A DNA stretch of 64,000 bases from Vicinamibacteria bacterium. Lineage in GTDB: Bacteria > Acidobacteriota > Vicinamibacteria > Vicinamibacterales > JAENWD01. Of this stretch, positions 50,651 to 59,331 are shown in pieces. The stretch is from NCBI GenBank assembly GCA_963764495.1, contig CAVXSR010000005.1, positions 74,206 to 138,205 of the forward strand, given 5' to 3'. The notes under the pieces were generated by a model that was given only the letters and a program-made list of their open reading frames with translations, ran no database searches and was not told the DNA's origin. Every line of letters starts with the position of its first letter. Position 1 is the stretch's first letter. A program made the position numbers and the translations under genes.

Positions 50651-51883
50651 GCGACCGGTGTGACCGGCCAGATAGTCCTCGAACTCTGACAGGCCTTTTC
50701 CGAGCAGGGTCGGCCGCTCGGTGCGACCCTCGAGCACGTCAGCGGTCTTGTACCCGTTCCCCGTGATGCAGATGACGGTCGGCTGGTTCCTGGCAATCGT
50801 GCGGTCTCGGACCAGCTTGATCGCGCCGGCGAGCGTCGCGCCGCCGGCCGGCTCCGTGAAGATGCCCTCCGTTTCCGCCAGCAGCTGAATCGCCTGCAGG
50901 ATCTCGTCGTCTGTCACCATCGTCGCCGAGCCGTGCGTTTCACGGAGCGCTTGCAGCACGTGGTAGCCGTCCGCGGGGTTGCCGATCGCAATCGACTTCG
51001 CGATGGTGTTCGGCTTCACCGGTTCAGGGAATTCGGCGCCGGCGTGGAACGCCCGCACGACTGGCGCCGACCCGGCGGCCTGAACCGCGTGCATCCTCGG
51101 CGTCTCGCCCGCGACCCACCCGAGCGTTTTCAGTTCATCGAACGCGCGCACGATGCGCGGCAGCAGCGTGCCGCCGGCGACCGGGCACACGACGTTCGCC
51201 GGGAGTCGCCATCCGAGCTGCTCGGCGATCTCGAAGCCGTAGGTCTTGGCGCCCTCGGCGTAGTAGGTACGGAGATTGATGTTCGCGAAGCCCCAGCCAT
51301 GACGATCGGCAATCTGCGTGCACAGCCGGTTGATGTCGTCGTAGTTGCCCTTGACGGCCACGACGTGCGGCTTGTAAATCGCCGAGCCCATCACTTTGGC
51401 GGCTTCGAGGTTGTCGGGGATGAAGACGTAGCAGGTCAGTCCGAGCCGTGCCGCGTGCGCGGCGACACTGTTCGCGAGATTGCCCGTCGACGCGCACGCG
51501 AACACGTCGAACCCCAGCTCCACGGCGCGCGTAGCCGCGACCGAGACCACGCGATCCTTGTAGGAGAACGTCGGGTGGTTGACCGAGTCGTCCTTGACGT
51601 ACAGCTCATCGAGCCCGAGACGCGCCGCCAGACGGTCGGCTTTCACCAGCGGCGTGAACCCCGAGTAGAAGCCGGTCTTCGGCGCGGTGACGGGCAGCAG
51701 CTCGAGATACCGCCACAAATTCTCGGGTCGCGCGCCGATTTCCTCGCGAGTGACGGCGGCGCGAATGGCGTCGTAGTCGTAGGTGACCTCGAGCGGACCA
51801 AGACACTGGTCGCAGACGAACAACGCTTCGGCTGGGAAGCCTGTGCCGCACATCCGGCAGCGCAAACCCGTGAAGTAGCTCAT
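50633..51883 (-). CDS. thrC: threonine synthase (with N-terminal Cys4 zinc-ribbon)
   Basis: It contains ..CRMCGTGF..CDQCLGPLEV.. and the PLP-Lys motif ..HPTFSYKDRV.. . The last codons VEAGL* are a repeat hairpin. Confidence 0.9.
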   Translation of the reverse strand: MSYFTGLRCRMCGTGFPAEALFVCDQCLGPLEVTYDYDAIRAAVTREEIGARPENLWRYLELLPVTAPKTGFYSGFTPLVKADRLAARLGLDELYVKDDSVNHPTFSYKDRVVSVAATRAVELGFDVFACASTGNLANSVAAHAARLGLTCYVFIPDNLEAAKVMGSAIYKPHVVAVKGNYDDINRLCTQIADRHGWGFANINLRTYYAEGAKTYGFEIAEQLGWRLPANVVCPVAGGTLLPRIVRAFDELKTLGWVAGETPRMHAVQAAGSAPVVRAFHAGAEFPEPVKPNTIAKSIAIGNPADGYHVLQALRETHGSATMVTDDEILQAIQLLAETEGIFTEPAGGATLAGAIKLVRDRTIARNQPTVICITGNGYKTADVLEGRTERPTLLGKGLSEFEDYLAGHTGRVEAGL

Positions 51884-52824
51884 GATTGCTCGATGGCTCG
51901 CGGCGGCCCGTTGTGCGCCGCCAGCGTCCGCACGCGGCAGGCCAGGCCGAGCCGCGAATAAATGCCAGTTAACGCCTCTTCCACACTTGCCGTCTCACCG
52001 GTGCACAAGGCGGCGACGGTCGGTCCCGATCCGCTGAGGCAGACGCCCAGGAGGCTCGGGTGCTTCAGCGTCAACGCCTCCGACAGTCCAGGCACGAGCG
52101 GGGCGCGATAGGGTTGATGCCACCGATCCCCGAGCGCCTCCGACAACACGTCGAGACGGCCCGTACGAATCGCCTGCAGCAGCAGCGCCACCCGCTGAAG
52201 GTTGAACACCGCATCCGCGAGCGATAGCTCGGACGGCAAGACGCGGCGCGCGTCAACCGTCTTGACGCGCACTTCCGACGTGGCCGTCACGAAGCGCACG
52301 TCGTCCGGCCAGTCCGACGACAACCCCACGACCTTGCCTTCACTGCCGACGCACGCGGCGATCAGCCCGCCGAGCAACGCTGCGGCGACGTTGTCGGGGT
52401 GTCCTTCAAAGGCCGTCGCGTCTGACAGCAGGTCCCGTCCGGCGTCGCCCGTCAGTCGATCGTACAGCACAAGACCGGCGACAATTGCGGCGCCGCTGCT
52501 GCCCAGCCCCCCCTGGACCGGAATGTCGCTCTCCACCTCGAGCTCCAGCCCCGGCAGCTCGACGCCCTCCCGAGCTGCCAGCGTCGTGAGGCTGCGCACG
52601 ATGTAGTCGTCACCGGCGTGCGCCGGCGTCACCGTAATGCGGCCTGGCGCCGCGGCGTTCACGCGACGCACGGTCACGCGGAGATACAGCTGGACGGCAA
52701 CCGCGAGCGCGTCGAACCCCGGCCCGAGATTGGAGATCGAACCTGGAACTTCGAGCCTCAGCCCTTCGACGCGCGTCCGCACCTCGTCCGCGTCCAACGC
52801 GCGTTTCGTTGGGACGCCAGTCAT
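51880..52824 (-). CDS. thrB: homoserine kinase
   Basis: It contains ..VPGSISNLGPGFDALAV.. and the GHMP motif ..PVQGGLGSSGAAIVAG.. . Its ATG overlaps the hom TGA (ATGA). Confidence 0.88.
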   Translation of the reverse strand: MTGVPTKRALDADEVRTRVEGLRLEVPGSISNLGPGFDALAVAVQLYLRVTVRRVNAAAPGRITVTPAHAGDDYIVRSLTTLAAREGVELPGLELEVESDIPVQGGLGSSGAAIVAGLVLYDRLTGDAGRDLLSDATAFEGHPDNVAAALLGGLIAACVGSEGKVVGLSSDWPDDVRFVTATSEVRVKTVDARRVLPSELSLADAVFNLQRVALLLQAIRTGRLDVLSEALGDRWHQPYRAPLVPGLSEALTLKHPSLLGVCLSGSGPTVAALCTGETASVEEALTGIYSRLGLACRVRTLAAHNGPPRAIEQS

Positions 52825-54101
52825 CGTGGGCTCCCATCCGACATGAGGGGAAGATCGACCGGGGGGCACACGTGGAAATCGAGTGCGCCGATGTTGGCCA
52901 TCGCCCCGGCGAGCGTCGCGGGCGCGCAGGGCTCGATCGTTACTACAAACGGCAGCGCGTCCTTGGTGCCTGCGGGCAGCTGCAGGACGGCGTCGATGTT
53001 GATGCCCTGGGCGGCGAGCGCTTGCGCAATGCTCGCCAGAATGCCGGGGCTGTCGCGCACGATGAAGCGAAGGTAGTGCGCGGTCACGAATTCAGAATCG
53101 ACGCGGATCGCGCCGTTGGTGCGCGCGTCGGGTCGCGGCTCGCGGCGATCGGTGGACAACGCCACGAGATCCGACACGATCGCGACTGACGTCGGGCCCC
53201 CGCCCGCGCCCGATCCCGAGTAGACCGTGTCGCCGCCGTACTGTCCGCGCGCCACGATGATGTTCTGGCTGCCGTGGACATGTGCCAGCGGCGAGTTCTT
53301 CGGCACCACCGAGGGCCTGACCGACGCCACGACGCGATCGGCTGCCTCGTCATCGATCGCGGCCTGCGAGATCTGGCGGATCGTGCAACCGAGCGCGCCC
53401 GCATACCGGAAGTCGATGGCATCGACGAGCGTGATCGGCCGGCACGAGATCGCCTCCGGCGGGACCGGCACGCGGAACCCGACGCCGCACAGGATGGCCA
53501 GCTTCGCGCGCGCGTCGTAGCCCTGCACGTCGTCGGTGGGATCGGCTTCCGCGTAGCCCAGTTCCTGGGCCCGTGCCAGCGCCTGGCCGAACGCGGCGCC
53601 CTCGTGCTCCATGCTGGTCAGGATGAAATTGCACGTGCCGTTGAGGATGCCGGTGATGCTGGTCACGCGGTCGCCGGCGATGCCTTCGCGCAGCGCGCCG
53701 ATCACCGGGATACCGCCCGCCACGGCCGCCTCGAAACGGAGCTGCTGGCGTTGCGCCGACGCGAGCTGGGCCAGCGCCGGTCCCTCATGCGCGATCAGCT
53801 GTTTGTTGGCCGTGACCACGGAGCGGCCGCTTTCGAGCGCACGGCGTACCCAGCTGCCGGCCGGATTCCGCCCGCCGAGCAGCTCGACGATCACTGTGGC
53901 GTTGGAGGCGAAGACCTCGTCGATGTCGTCGGTCCAGCGAACGTCGGCGGAAACCCACGGCACCTTCTTGCGAGAGACGTCGCGATTGAAGATGTGGGTG
54001 AGGCGGACGCCCGGCGGCGGATGCTCCGTCAGGATCCTGGTGACGGCGCGGCCGACGGTGCCAAAGCCAAGCAGCGCTACGCGGGTCTCGTCGGTCGCCA
54101 T
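52821..54101 (-). CDS. hom: homoserine dehydrogenase
   Basis: It contains ..VALLGFGTVGRAV.., ..VVTANKQLIA.. and a C-terminal ACT-like region. Confidence 0.9.
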   Translation of the reverse strand: MATDETRVALLGFGTVGRAVTRILTEHPPPGVRLTHIFNRDVSRKKVPWVSADVRWTDDIDEVFASNATVIVELLGGRNPAGSWVRRALESGRSVVTANKQLIAHEGPALAQLASAQRQQLRFEAAVAGGIPVIGALREGIAGDRVTSITGILNGTCNFILTSMEHEGAAFGQALARAQELGYAEADPTDDVQGYDARAKLAILCGVGFRVPVPPEAISCRPITLVDAIDFRYAGALGCTIRQISQAAIDDEAADRVVASVRPSVVPKNSPLAHVHGSQNIIVARGQYGGDTVYSGSGAGGGPTSVAIVSDLVALSTDRREPRPDARTNGAIRVDSEFVTAHYLRFIVRDSPGILASIAQALAAQGINIDAVLQLPAGTKDALPFVVTIEPCAPATLAGAMANIGALDFHVCPPVDLPLMSDGSPR

Positions 54102-54185
54102 CGAGGAAACCGCTATCGTCCACTGGCGTGCGACCAGCCGTCAAGTTTATGCTGTTTACGATTTCATAACATGTCGAAATGACAT

Positions 54186-54214
54186 TTGACCCCCGGAGTT
54201 CGACCTCCTATACT
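54186..54214 (+). promoter_or_regulatory. near-consensus sigma70 promoter for the leader-asd-lysC transcript
   Basis: The sequence is TTGACC-17 nt-TATACT in an AT-rich patch. The leader ATG lies 8 nt after the -10 box. Confidence 0.6.
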
Positions 54215-54222
54215 GGGCGGCA

Positions 54223-54318
54223 ATGTCGCGTGCCGGCACGACCATCGCCATTACCAGCACCACCATGCGAAAGCATGGCGGCCGCGACGGTGGTGTATCC
54301 GGGCTCAACGCGCAATAG
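54223..54318 (+). CDS. Thr/Ile-rich leader peptide (31 aa)
   Basis: The peptide is MSRAGTTIAITSTTMRKHGGRDGGVSGLNAQ*. Five Thr and two Ile codons fall within codons 6-14. It is followed by alternative hairpins and a terminator. Confidence 0.6.
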   Translation: MSRAGTTIAITSTTMRKHGGRDGGVSGLNAQ

Positions 54319-54386
54319 ACAAGCAAGACCGACACGAGCACACAACACCCGCCGACGCGGCACCAGCCGGTCGGCGGTTTTTTTTT
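54258..54386 (+). promoter_or_regulatory. transcription attenuator (regions 1-4)
   Basis: Regions 1:2 pair as CACCACC (54258-64) with GGTGGTG (54289-95). Regions 2:3 pair as GCCGCGACGGTGGTGT (54281-96) with ACACCCGCCGACGCGGC (54345-61). Regions 3:4 pair as CCGCCGAC (54349-56) with GTCGGCGG (54370-77), followed by T9. Confidence 0.6.
54349..54386 (+). terminator. intrinsic terminator of the attenuator
   Basis: An 8 bp GC stem is followed by nine T residues (54378-54386). Confidence 0.7.
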
Positions 54387-54415
54387 GCGCGGACGGTGTC
54401 TGAAGCAGCGTACGT

Positions 54416-54470
54416 CAGTAGGGGCCGACTTCAGTCGGGCCAACGGCCGCACTAAAGTGCGGCCCTACTG
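54416..54470. repeat. family A hairpin dimer (CAGTAGGG..CCCTACTG) between the attenuator and asd
   Basis: It contains the hairpins ggccgacTTCAgtcgggcc and ggccgcacTAAAgtgcggcc. Confidence 0.9.
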
Positions 54471-54496
54471 CCGACTCGACAAGGAGCACAGCGGCA

Positions 54497-55567
54497 ATGT
54501 CGCAGCGGATTGACGTCGGCGTCCTCGGCGCCACCGGCATGGTGGGCCAGCAATTCATCGCGCAGCTTGCCAGCCATCCCTGGTTCCGCGTGACCTGGCT
54601 GGGGGCCAGTGAGCGGTCGGCGGGGCAGTTGTATCGCGACGCCGCGCCGTGGCGTCTGCCGGCGTCGATTCCCGCCGAGCTCGCGAGCCTCGTCGTGCAG
54701 GAGGCGCGTCCCGGCACCGGCGCGCCCGAGCTCGTGTTCTCGGCGATGGACGCCTCGGTCGCGGGAGAGATCGAGGAGGCCTTCGCCGGGGCGGGCCACA
54801 TCGTGGTGAGCAACTCGCGCAACCACCGCATGGCGCCCGATGTCCCGCTGCTCGTGCCCGAGATCAACAGCGATCACATCGCGCTCATCGAGGGGCAGCG
54901 CCGTGCGCGCGGCTGGTCGGGAGCGCTGGTCACCAATCCGAATTGCTCGACGGTGTTTCTCGCCATGGCGCTGGCGCCCCTCAGGCAGTACGGCCTGAAG
55001 TCGGTGCTGGTGACGACGCTGCAGGCGTTGTCCGGCGCGGGGTACCCCGGGGTGGCGTCGCTCGATGCCGTCGGCAACGTCGTGCCGTTCATTTCCGGGG
55101 AAGAGGCCAAGATCGAGAGCGAGCCGCGGAAGATTCTCGGTCGCCTGGAGGGTGGACAGGTGGTGCCGCACCCGGTCGTGTTGAGCGCCTCCACCACGCG
55201 TGTGGCGGTCGTGAACGGGCACACCGAATCGGTCGCGGTCGCGCTCGACTCCGCACCGTCGCTCGACGAGGTCCGTCAGGCGTTCGCGAGCTTCTCGGGC
55301 GCGCCGCAGCGTCATCGGCTTCCCTCGGCGCCGGCGAGCCCGATCGTGTATCTGAGCGAAGAGAATCGGCCGCAGCCTCGCCTGGACGTGGACCGCGACG
55401 GCGGCATGACGGTCACGATCGGGCGCCTGCGCCCCTGTCCAATCCTCGGGTACAAGTTTTTCGTGCTTGGCCACAACACGGTCCGGGGCGCGGCTGGCGC
55501 GGCCGTCTTGAATGCCGAACTCCTCGTGGCGGAGGGAGTCCTCGCTGCGCCGGCGTTGCGAGGGTGA
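54497..55567 (+). CDS. asd: aspartate-semialdehyde dehydrogenase
   Basis: It contains ..VGVLGATGMVGQQF.. and ..VTNPNCSTVFL.. (active-site Cys). Confidence 0.9.
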   Translation: MSQRIDVGVLGATGMVGQQFIAQLASHPWFRVTWLGASERSAGQLYRDAAPWRLPASIPAELASLVVQEARPGTGAPELVFSAMDASVAGEIEEAFAGAGHIVVSNSRNHRMAPDVPLLVPEINSDHIALIEGQRRARGWSGALVTNPNCSTVFLAMALAPLRQYGLKSVLVTTLQALSGAGYPGVASLDAVGNVVPFISGEEAKIESEPRKILGRLEGGQVVPHPVVLSASTTRVAVVNGHTESVAVALDSAPSLDEVRQAFASFSGAPQRHRLPSAPASPIVYLSEENRPQPRLDVDRDGGMTVTIGRLRPCPILGYKFFVLGHNTVRGAAGAAVLNAELLVAEGVLAAPALRG

Positions 55568-55571
55568 AACG

Positions 55572-56978
55572 ATGCGTGTCCTGAAATTCGGCGGCACGTC
55601 GGTCGCCGACGAAAACGCCATCGCGCGCGTCACGGCGATCGTGGCCGCCGAGGCGCGCGCGACGGGGAGCACCGGTGGACCGGTCGTCGTCGTGTCCGCG
55701 CTCGGCGGCGTCACCGACCAGCTGCTCGATGCGGCGTCCGTGGCACGACGCGGGCGCGGCGCTGAGGCCGGCGCGCGCGTCGCCGCGCTTCGTGAGCGGC
55801 ATCAGCGCGTGCTCGCCGCCGTCGCGCCCGGGAACGTCGACTCGCAGGTGCAGCAGTTTGTCGACGAGCAATTCGATCACCTGGCATCGATGGTGGATGC
55901 GCTAGCGGTGCTTCACGACGCGCCAGCCCGCTCGCTCGATGCGATTGCGGCGCTGGGCGAGATGGTCAGTGCGCGCATCGTGACCGCCGCCTTCGCCCAT
56001 GCCGGGCTCGACGCTATTGCGGTCGATCCCCGCGAGCTCATCGTCACTGACGAGCACTTCACGTGCGCGGTTCCGCAAATGGAAACGACGGGCGCGCAGG
56101 TGCGCGACCGTCTGCGGCCGCTGTTGTCGGCCGGCAAGGTGGTGGTGACAGGTGGGTTCGTCGGCGCGACGCGGTCAGGCGTTGCCACGACGCTTGGACG
56201 CGGCGGCTCGGATTACTCCGCGGCGATCCTGGGGGCGGCCCTGGAGGCCGCCGAGATTCAGATCTGGACCGACGTGGACGGGATGCTTTCGGCCGATCCT
56301 CGAGTGGTCGAGAATCCCTCGCTCGTTCCGGCATTATCGTTTGCGGAGGCTGCCGAGCTCGCGTATTTCGGCGCGAAGGTGTTGCACCCGAAAACGATCC
56401 AACCTGCAGCGTCGCGGAACATTCCGGTGCGGATCCTCAACACTTTCAAGCCGTCGGCCGGGGGGACGATCATCGCGAACGCCGGCGCTCCCGACCCCGC
56501 GCCCGTGACCGCGCTGGCCTGCAAGAAGGGCATCACGGTCATCACGATCACGTCCACGGGGATGCTCATGGCGCATGGCTACATGCGCCGGATCTTCGAG
56601 GTCTTCGAGCGCTTCCGCACGTCCGTGGACGTCGTCTCGACGTCGGAAGTCAGCGTCTCGATCACGATCGACGATGGCACGCACCTCGAGGGGATCGTCG
56701 CTGGGCTGTCGGCGTTTGCCGATGTCAGTGTCGCGAGCGAGCTGGCGCTGGTGGCCGTGGTGGGGGAAGGGTACGGCACCGACCCCCGTGCGTTCAGCCG
56801 GGTCGTCCGCGCGCTCGAGGGCATCCCGCTGCGGCTGGTCTCGCAGGCCGACGCCCGCCGGAACGTGACGCTGGTCATCGACGAAGACGATTTGCCGCGC
56901 GCGATGGGCCAACTTCATGCAGAATTCTTCCGACCGGCTCCGAGACCCTCCACAGCCGCCTCGGAAGTGAGCGCCTGA
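55572..56978 (+). CDS. lysC: aspartate kinase
   Basis: It begins MRVLKFGGTSVADENAI.., contains ..GRGGSDYSAA.. and has C-terminal ACT repeats. Confidence 0.9.
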   Translation: MRVLKFGGTSVADENAIARVTAIVAAEARATGSTGGPVVVVSALGGVTDQLLDAASVARRGRGAEAGARVAALRERHQRVLAAVAPGNVDSQVQQFVDEQFDHLASMVDALAVLHDAPARSLDAIAALGEMVSARIVTAAFAHAGLDAIAVDPRELIVTDEHFTCAVPQMETTGAQVRDRLRPLLSAGKVVVTGGFVGATRSGVATTLGRGGSDYSAAILGAALEAAEIQIWTDVDGMLSADPRVVENPSLVPALSFAEAAELAYFGAKVLHPKTIQPAASRNIPVRILNTFKPSAGGTIIANAGAPDPAPVTALACKKGITVITITSTGMLMAHGYMRRIFEVFERFRTSVDVVSTSEVSVSITIDDGTHLEGIVAGLSAFADVSVASELALVAVVGEGYGTDPRAFSRVVRALEGIPLRLVSQADARRNVTLVIDEDDLPRAMGQLHAEFFRPAPRPSTAASEVSA

Positions 56979-56980
56979 AC

Positions 56981-57895
56981 ATGGACCTTCGACAGCTCGA
57001 GATCCTCAAGGCCGTCGCCGAGACGGGCTCGTTTACCGGCGCCGGGCGCCGGTTGCACGTGTCGCAGTCGGCGATCAGCCGGCAGATCCTGCTGCTCGAA
57101 GCCGAGCTGAACGAGCCGCTGTTCTGGCGGATCAAACGCAAGGTCAAGATCACGCCGGCGGGAGAGGCGCTGCTGCAGCTTTCGCTGCGCGTCTTCGACG
57201 ACATCCGCGAGACCACAGACCGGCTGAGCGAGTCACAGCAGCGGCTCACCGGCACGATTCGGCTCGTCGGTGGAATGACGGTGTCGATTTACGTGTTCCC
57301 GACGCTGTTGAAAGAGTTCCAGCGTTTGCACTCGGACGTAGACGTCAAAGTGATGACCGGTCCTGCCGATCGGCTGGTGCGCCGCCTGCGTGCGGGAACG
57401 GTCGATCTCGGTCTGCTGACGCTGCCCGTGAGCGAGCCCGACCTCGTGACGCGGCCGGTGATGCGCGAGGAGCTGCAGCTCGTGACTTATCCGGCGCATC
57501 CGATGGCGCAGAAGAAGCGGGTCGAGCCGCAGGATCTCAACAAGCTGCCGTTCATCCTGTACGAACCTGGGTCGAACACGCGACGCGTCATCGACGAGTT
57601 CTTCGTGCGTGAGCAGGTGCAGCCGAAGATCGTGATGGAAACGGAGAACGTCGAGATCATCAAGGCGATGGTCGCGAGCGGCATCGGATCAACGCTCATC
57701 TCGGATCACGCGATCGAGCGCGAGGTGAGATCCGGCGTTTTGGTGGCGCACCGCATCCAGGGCTCATCGCTGGTGCGCGAGACCGGCTGGGTCTACCTCA
57801 AGGCGAACCGGGTGCCGAGCAAGATCAGCGAGATGATCCGCGTGCTCGACGAGCTCCTGCCGCGGATGGGTCTGACGCAGACCGTCGCCACATAG
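56981..57895 (+). CDS. LysR family transcriptional regulator
   Basis: It begins MDLRQLEILKAVAETGSFTGAGRRLHVSQSAISRQILLLEAEL (wHTH) and continues with a substrate-binding domain. Only the last 304 aa of ORF 56063..57895 are genic. Confidence 0.85.
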   Translation: MDLRQLEILKAVAETGSFTGAGRRLHVSQSAISRQILLLEAELNEPLFWRIKRKVKITPAGEALLQLSLRVFDDIRETTDRLSESQQRLTGTIRLVGGMTVSIYVFPTLLKEFQRLHSDVDVKVMTGPADRLVRRLRAGTVDLGLLTLPVSEPDLVTRPVMREELQLVTYPAHPMAQKKRVEPQDLNKLPFILYEPGSNTRRVIDEFFVREQVQPKIVMETENVEIIKAMVASGIGSTLISDHAIEREVRSGVLVAHRIQGSSLVRETGWVYLKANRVPSKISEMIRVLDELLPRMGLTQTVAT

Positions 57896-57923
57896 CCTTG
57901 TCCGTGGCGGGCTGTCCGTTTCT

Positions 57924-59126
57924 GTGAACTACGACGCCATCGTTCTCGGCGCGGGCGCTGCCGGGTTGTTCTGTGCGGCGATTGCCGGACAGCGCGGGCG
58001 CCAGGTGGCCCTTCTCGAACGCAATCGCGAGCCAGGCCGGAAGATTCTGATCTCGGGCGGCGGACGCTGCAACTTCACGAACCTCCACTGCCGGCCGGAG
58101 CACTTCCTCTCCAGCAATCCCGCCTTTGCGAGGTCGGCGCTGGCGCGCTATAAGCCCTCCGACTTCATCGCGCTGGTGGACCAGTACGGGATTCGGTATC
58201 ACGAGAAGACGCTGGGGCAGTTGTTCTGCGACGGCTCGTCGCGCGAGATGGTCGACCTGCTGCTCGAGGAATGCCGGCGGGGTGGCGTCGACGTGATCAC
58301 GGCGTGTGACGTGACGTCGGTCCGCGAGGGCTTTGCGGTCGAGACATCCCGCGGCACCTTCGCCGCGCCGGCGCTGGTGGTCGCGACCGGCGGCCTGTCG
58401 ATCCCCAAGATCGGGGCGACCGATTTCGGCTATCGGATCGCGCGCCAGTTCGGCGTCGACGTGATCGCGCCGCGTCCCGCGCTGGTGCCGCTGCTGTTTG
58501 ACGACGCGGATCGCGCGCGCTGGAGCGACCTGGCAGGAATTGCCACCTCCTGCTCCGTCTCGGTTCTGGGGACAGGCCCCAATGGCACGGGAGTCGTGCC
58601 AAGAGCGCCGACGTTTGAAGAGCGGCTGTTATTCACTCATCGCGGGCTGAGTGGGCCGGCTATTTTGCAGGCCTCTTCCTACTGGCAGCCAAACGCACAG
58701 CTGGTTATTGATCTTCTGCCGCACGTGAACCTCGGCGCCGACATCGTCCGGCGCCGCGGCGCTGGCGATCCCGCGACGACGAAGACCGCGGTCGCGGCCT
58801 ACCTGCCGAACCGGTTCGCCGATCGCTGGTTCGACGCGATGGCGCAAGCGTCCACCATCGCGACCACGAGCAACGACGCCATCCGTGCGCTCGAGGCGAG
58901 CCTGCACGCGTGGGCGGTTGCGCCTGCTGGTACGGAAGGATTCGAGAAGGCCGAAGTGACGGCCGGCGGCGTGGACACGCGTGCGCTGTCGTCAACGACG
59001 ATGGAGGTGCGCGCGGTCCGGGGACTCTACTTCATCGGCGAGGTCGTCGATGTGACCGGACACCTGGGGGGATTCAACTTTCAGTGGGCGTGGGCGTCAG
59101 GGAAGGCGGCGGGGGACTCTATCTAG
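57924..59126 (+). CDS. BaiN/HI0933-family NAD(P)/FAD-dependent oxidoreductase
   Basis: It begins (GTG)NYDAIVLGAGAAGLFCAAIAGQRG and contains ..ISGGGRCNFTN.. and ..GEVVDVTGHLGGFNFQWAWASG.. . It carries an in-frame repeat insert at 58566-58603. Confidence 0.85.
   Translation: MNYDAIVLGAGAAGLFCAAIAGQRGRQVALLERNREPGRKILISGGGRCNFTNLHCRPEHFLSSNPAFARSALARYKPSDFIALVDQYGIRYHEKTLGQLFCDGSSREMVDLLLEECRRGGVDVITACDVTSVREGFAVETSRGTFAAPALVVATGGLSIPKIGATDFGYRIARQFGVDVIAPRPALVPLLFDDADRARWSDLAGIATSCSVSVLGTGPNGTGVVPRAPTFEERLLFTHRGLSGPAILQASSYWQPNAQLVIDLLPHVNLGADIVRRRGAGDPATTKTAVAAYLPNRFADRWFDAMAQASTIATTSNDAIRALEASLHAWAVAPAGTEGFEKAEVTAGGVDTRALSSTTMEVRAVRGLYFIGEVVDVTGHLGGFNFQWAWASGKAAGDSI
58566..58603. repeat. family E unit embedded in-frame in the flavoprotein CDS
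   Basis: The sequence ctggggacaggcccc-aatggcacgggagtcgtgccaag encodes ..LGTGPNGTGVVPR.. . Confidence 0.65.
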
Positions 59127-59331
59127 CGACGAAGTTGATCAGGACGTTCCACTCGAGGCCTGGAGCGGCGAGCGACCGGACCAGCAAGGTCAGAAGAGCG
59201 CTGTTCGTCGTACCAGCGATCGCCGAACGCCCGGCTGGCCAACCTGTCGTCGGCGTCCCCAGAACGGCCTGCCAATGCGGATCCGCGCGTATTGCTGAAT
59301 CATCCAAAGTCACGGCACAATGATGAGCTGA

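Noticed and set aside
54102-54185. A promoter for hom on the minus strand (TTGACG at 54144-54139)
   Set aside because: No acceptable -10 hexamer lies at 16-19 nt spacing (the candidates GGACGA and ACGATA are poor), so I do not annotate it.
56063-57895. A 610 aa ORF spanning the lysC 3' half and the LysR gene
   Set aside because: Its first ~300 aa are an alternative frame of lysC with low-complexity sequence. The LysR wHTH starts at ATG 56981, right after the lysC stop.
59127-59331. Small Arg-rich minus-strand ORF (MIQQYARIRIGRPFWGRRRQVGQPGVRRSLVRRTALF) in the gap before the lipoprotein gene
   Set aside because: It has no SD, no codon-bias signal over such a short span, and no recognisable family. 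It is indistinguishable from chance in GC-rich DNA.
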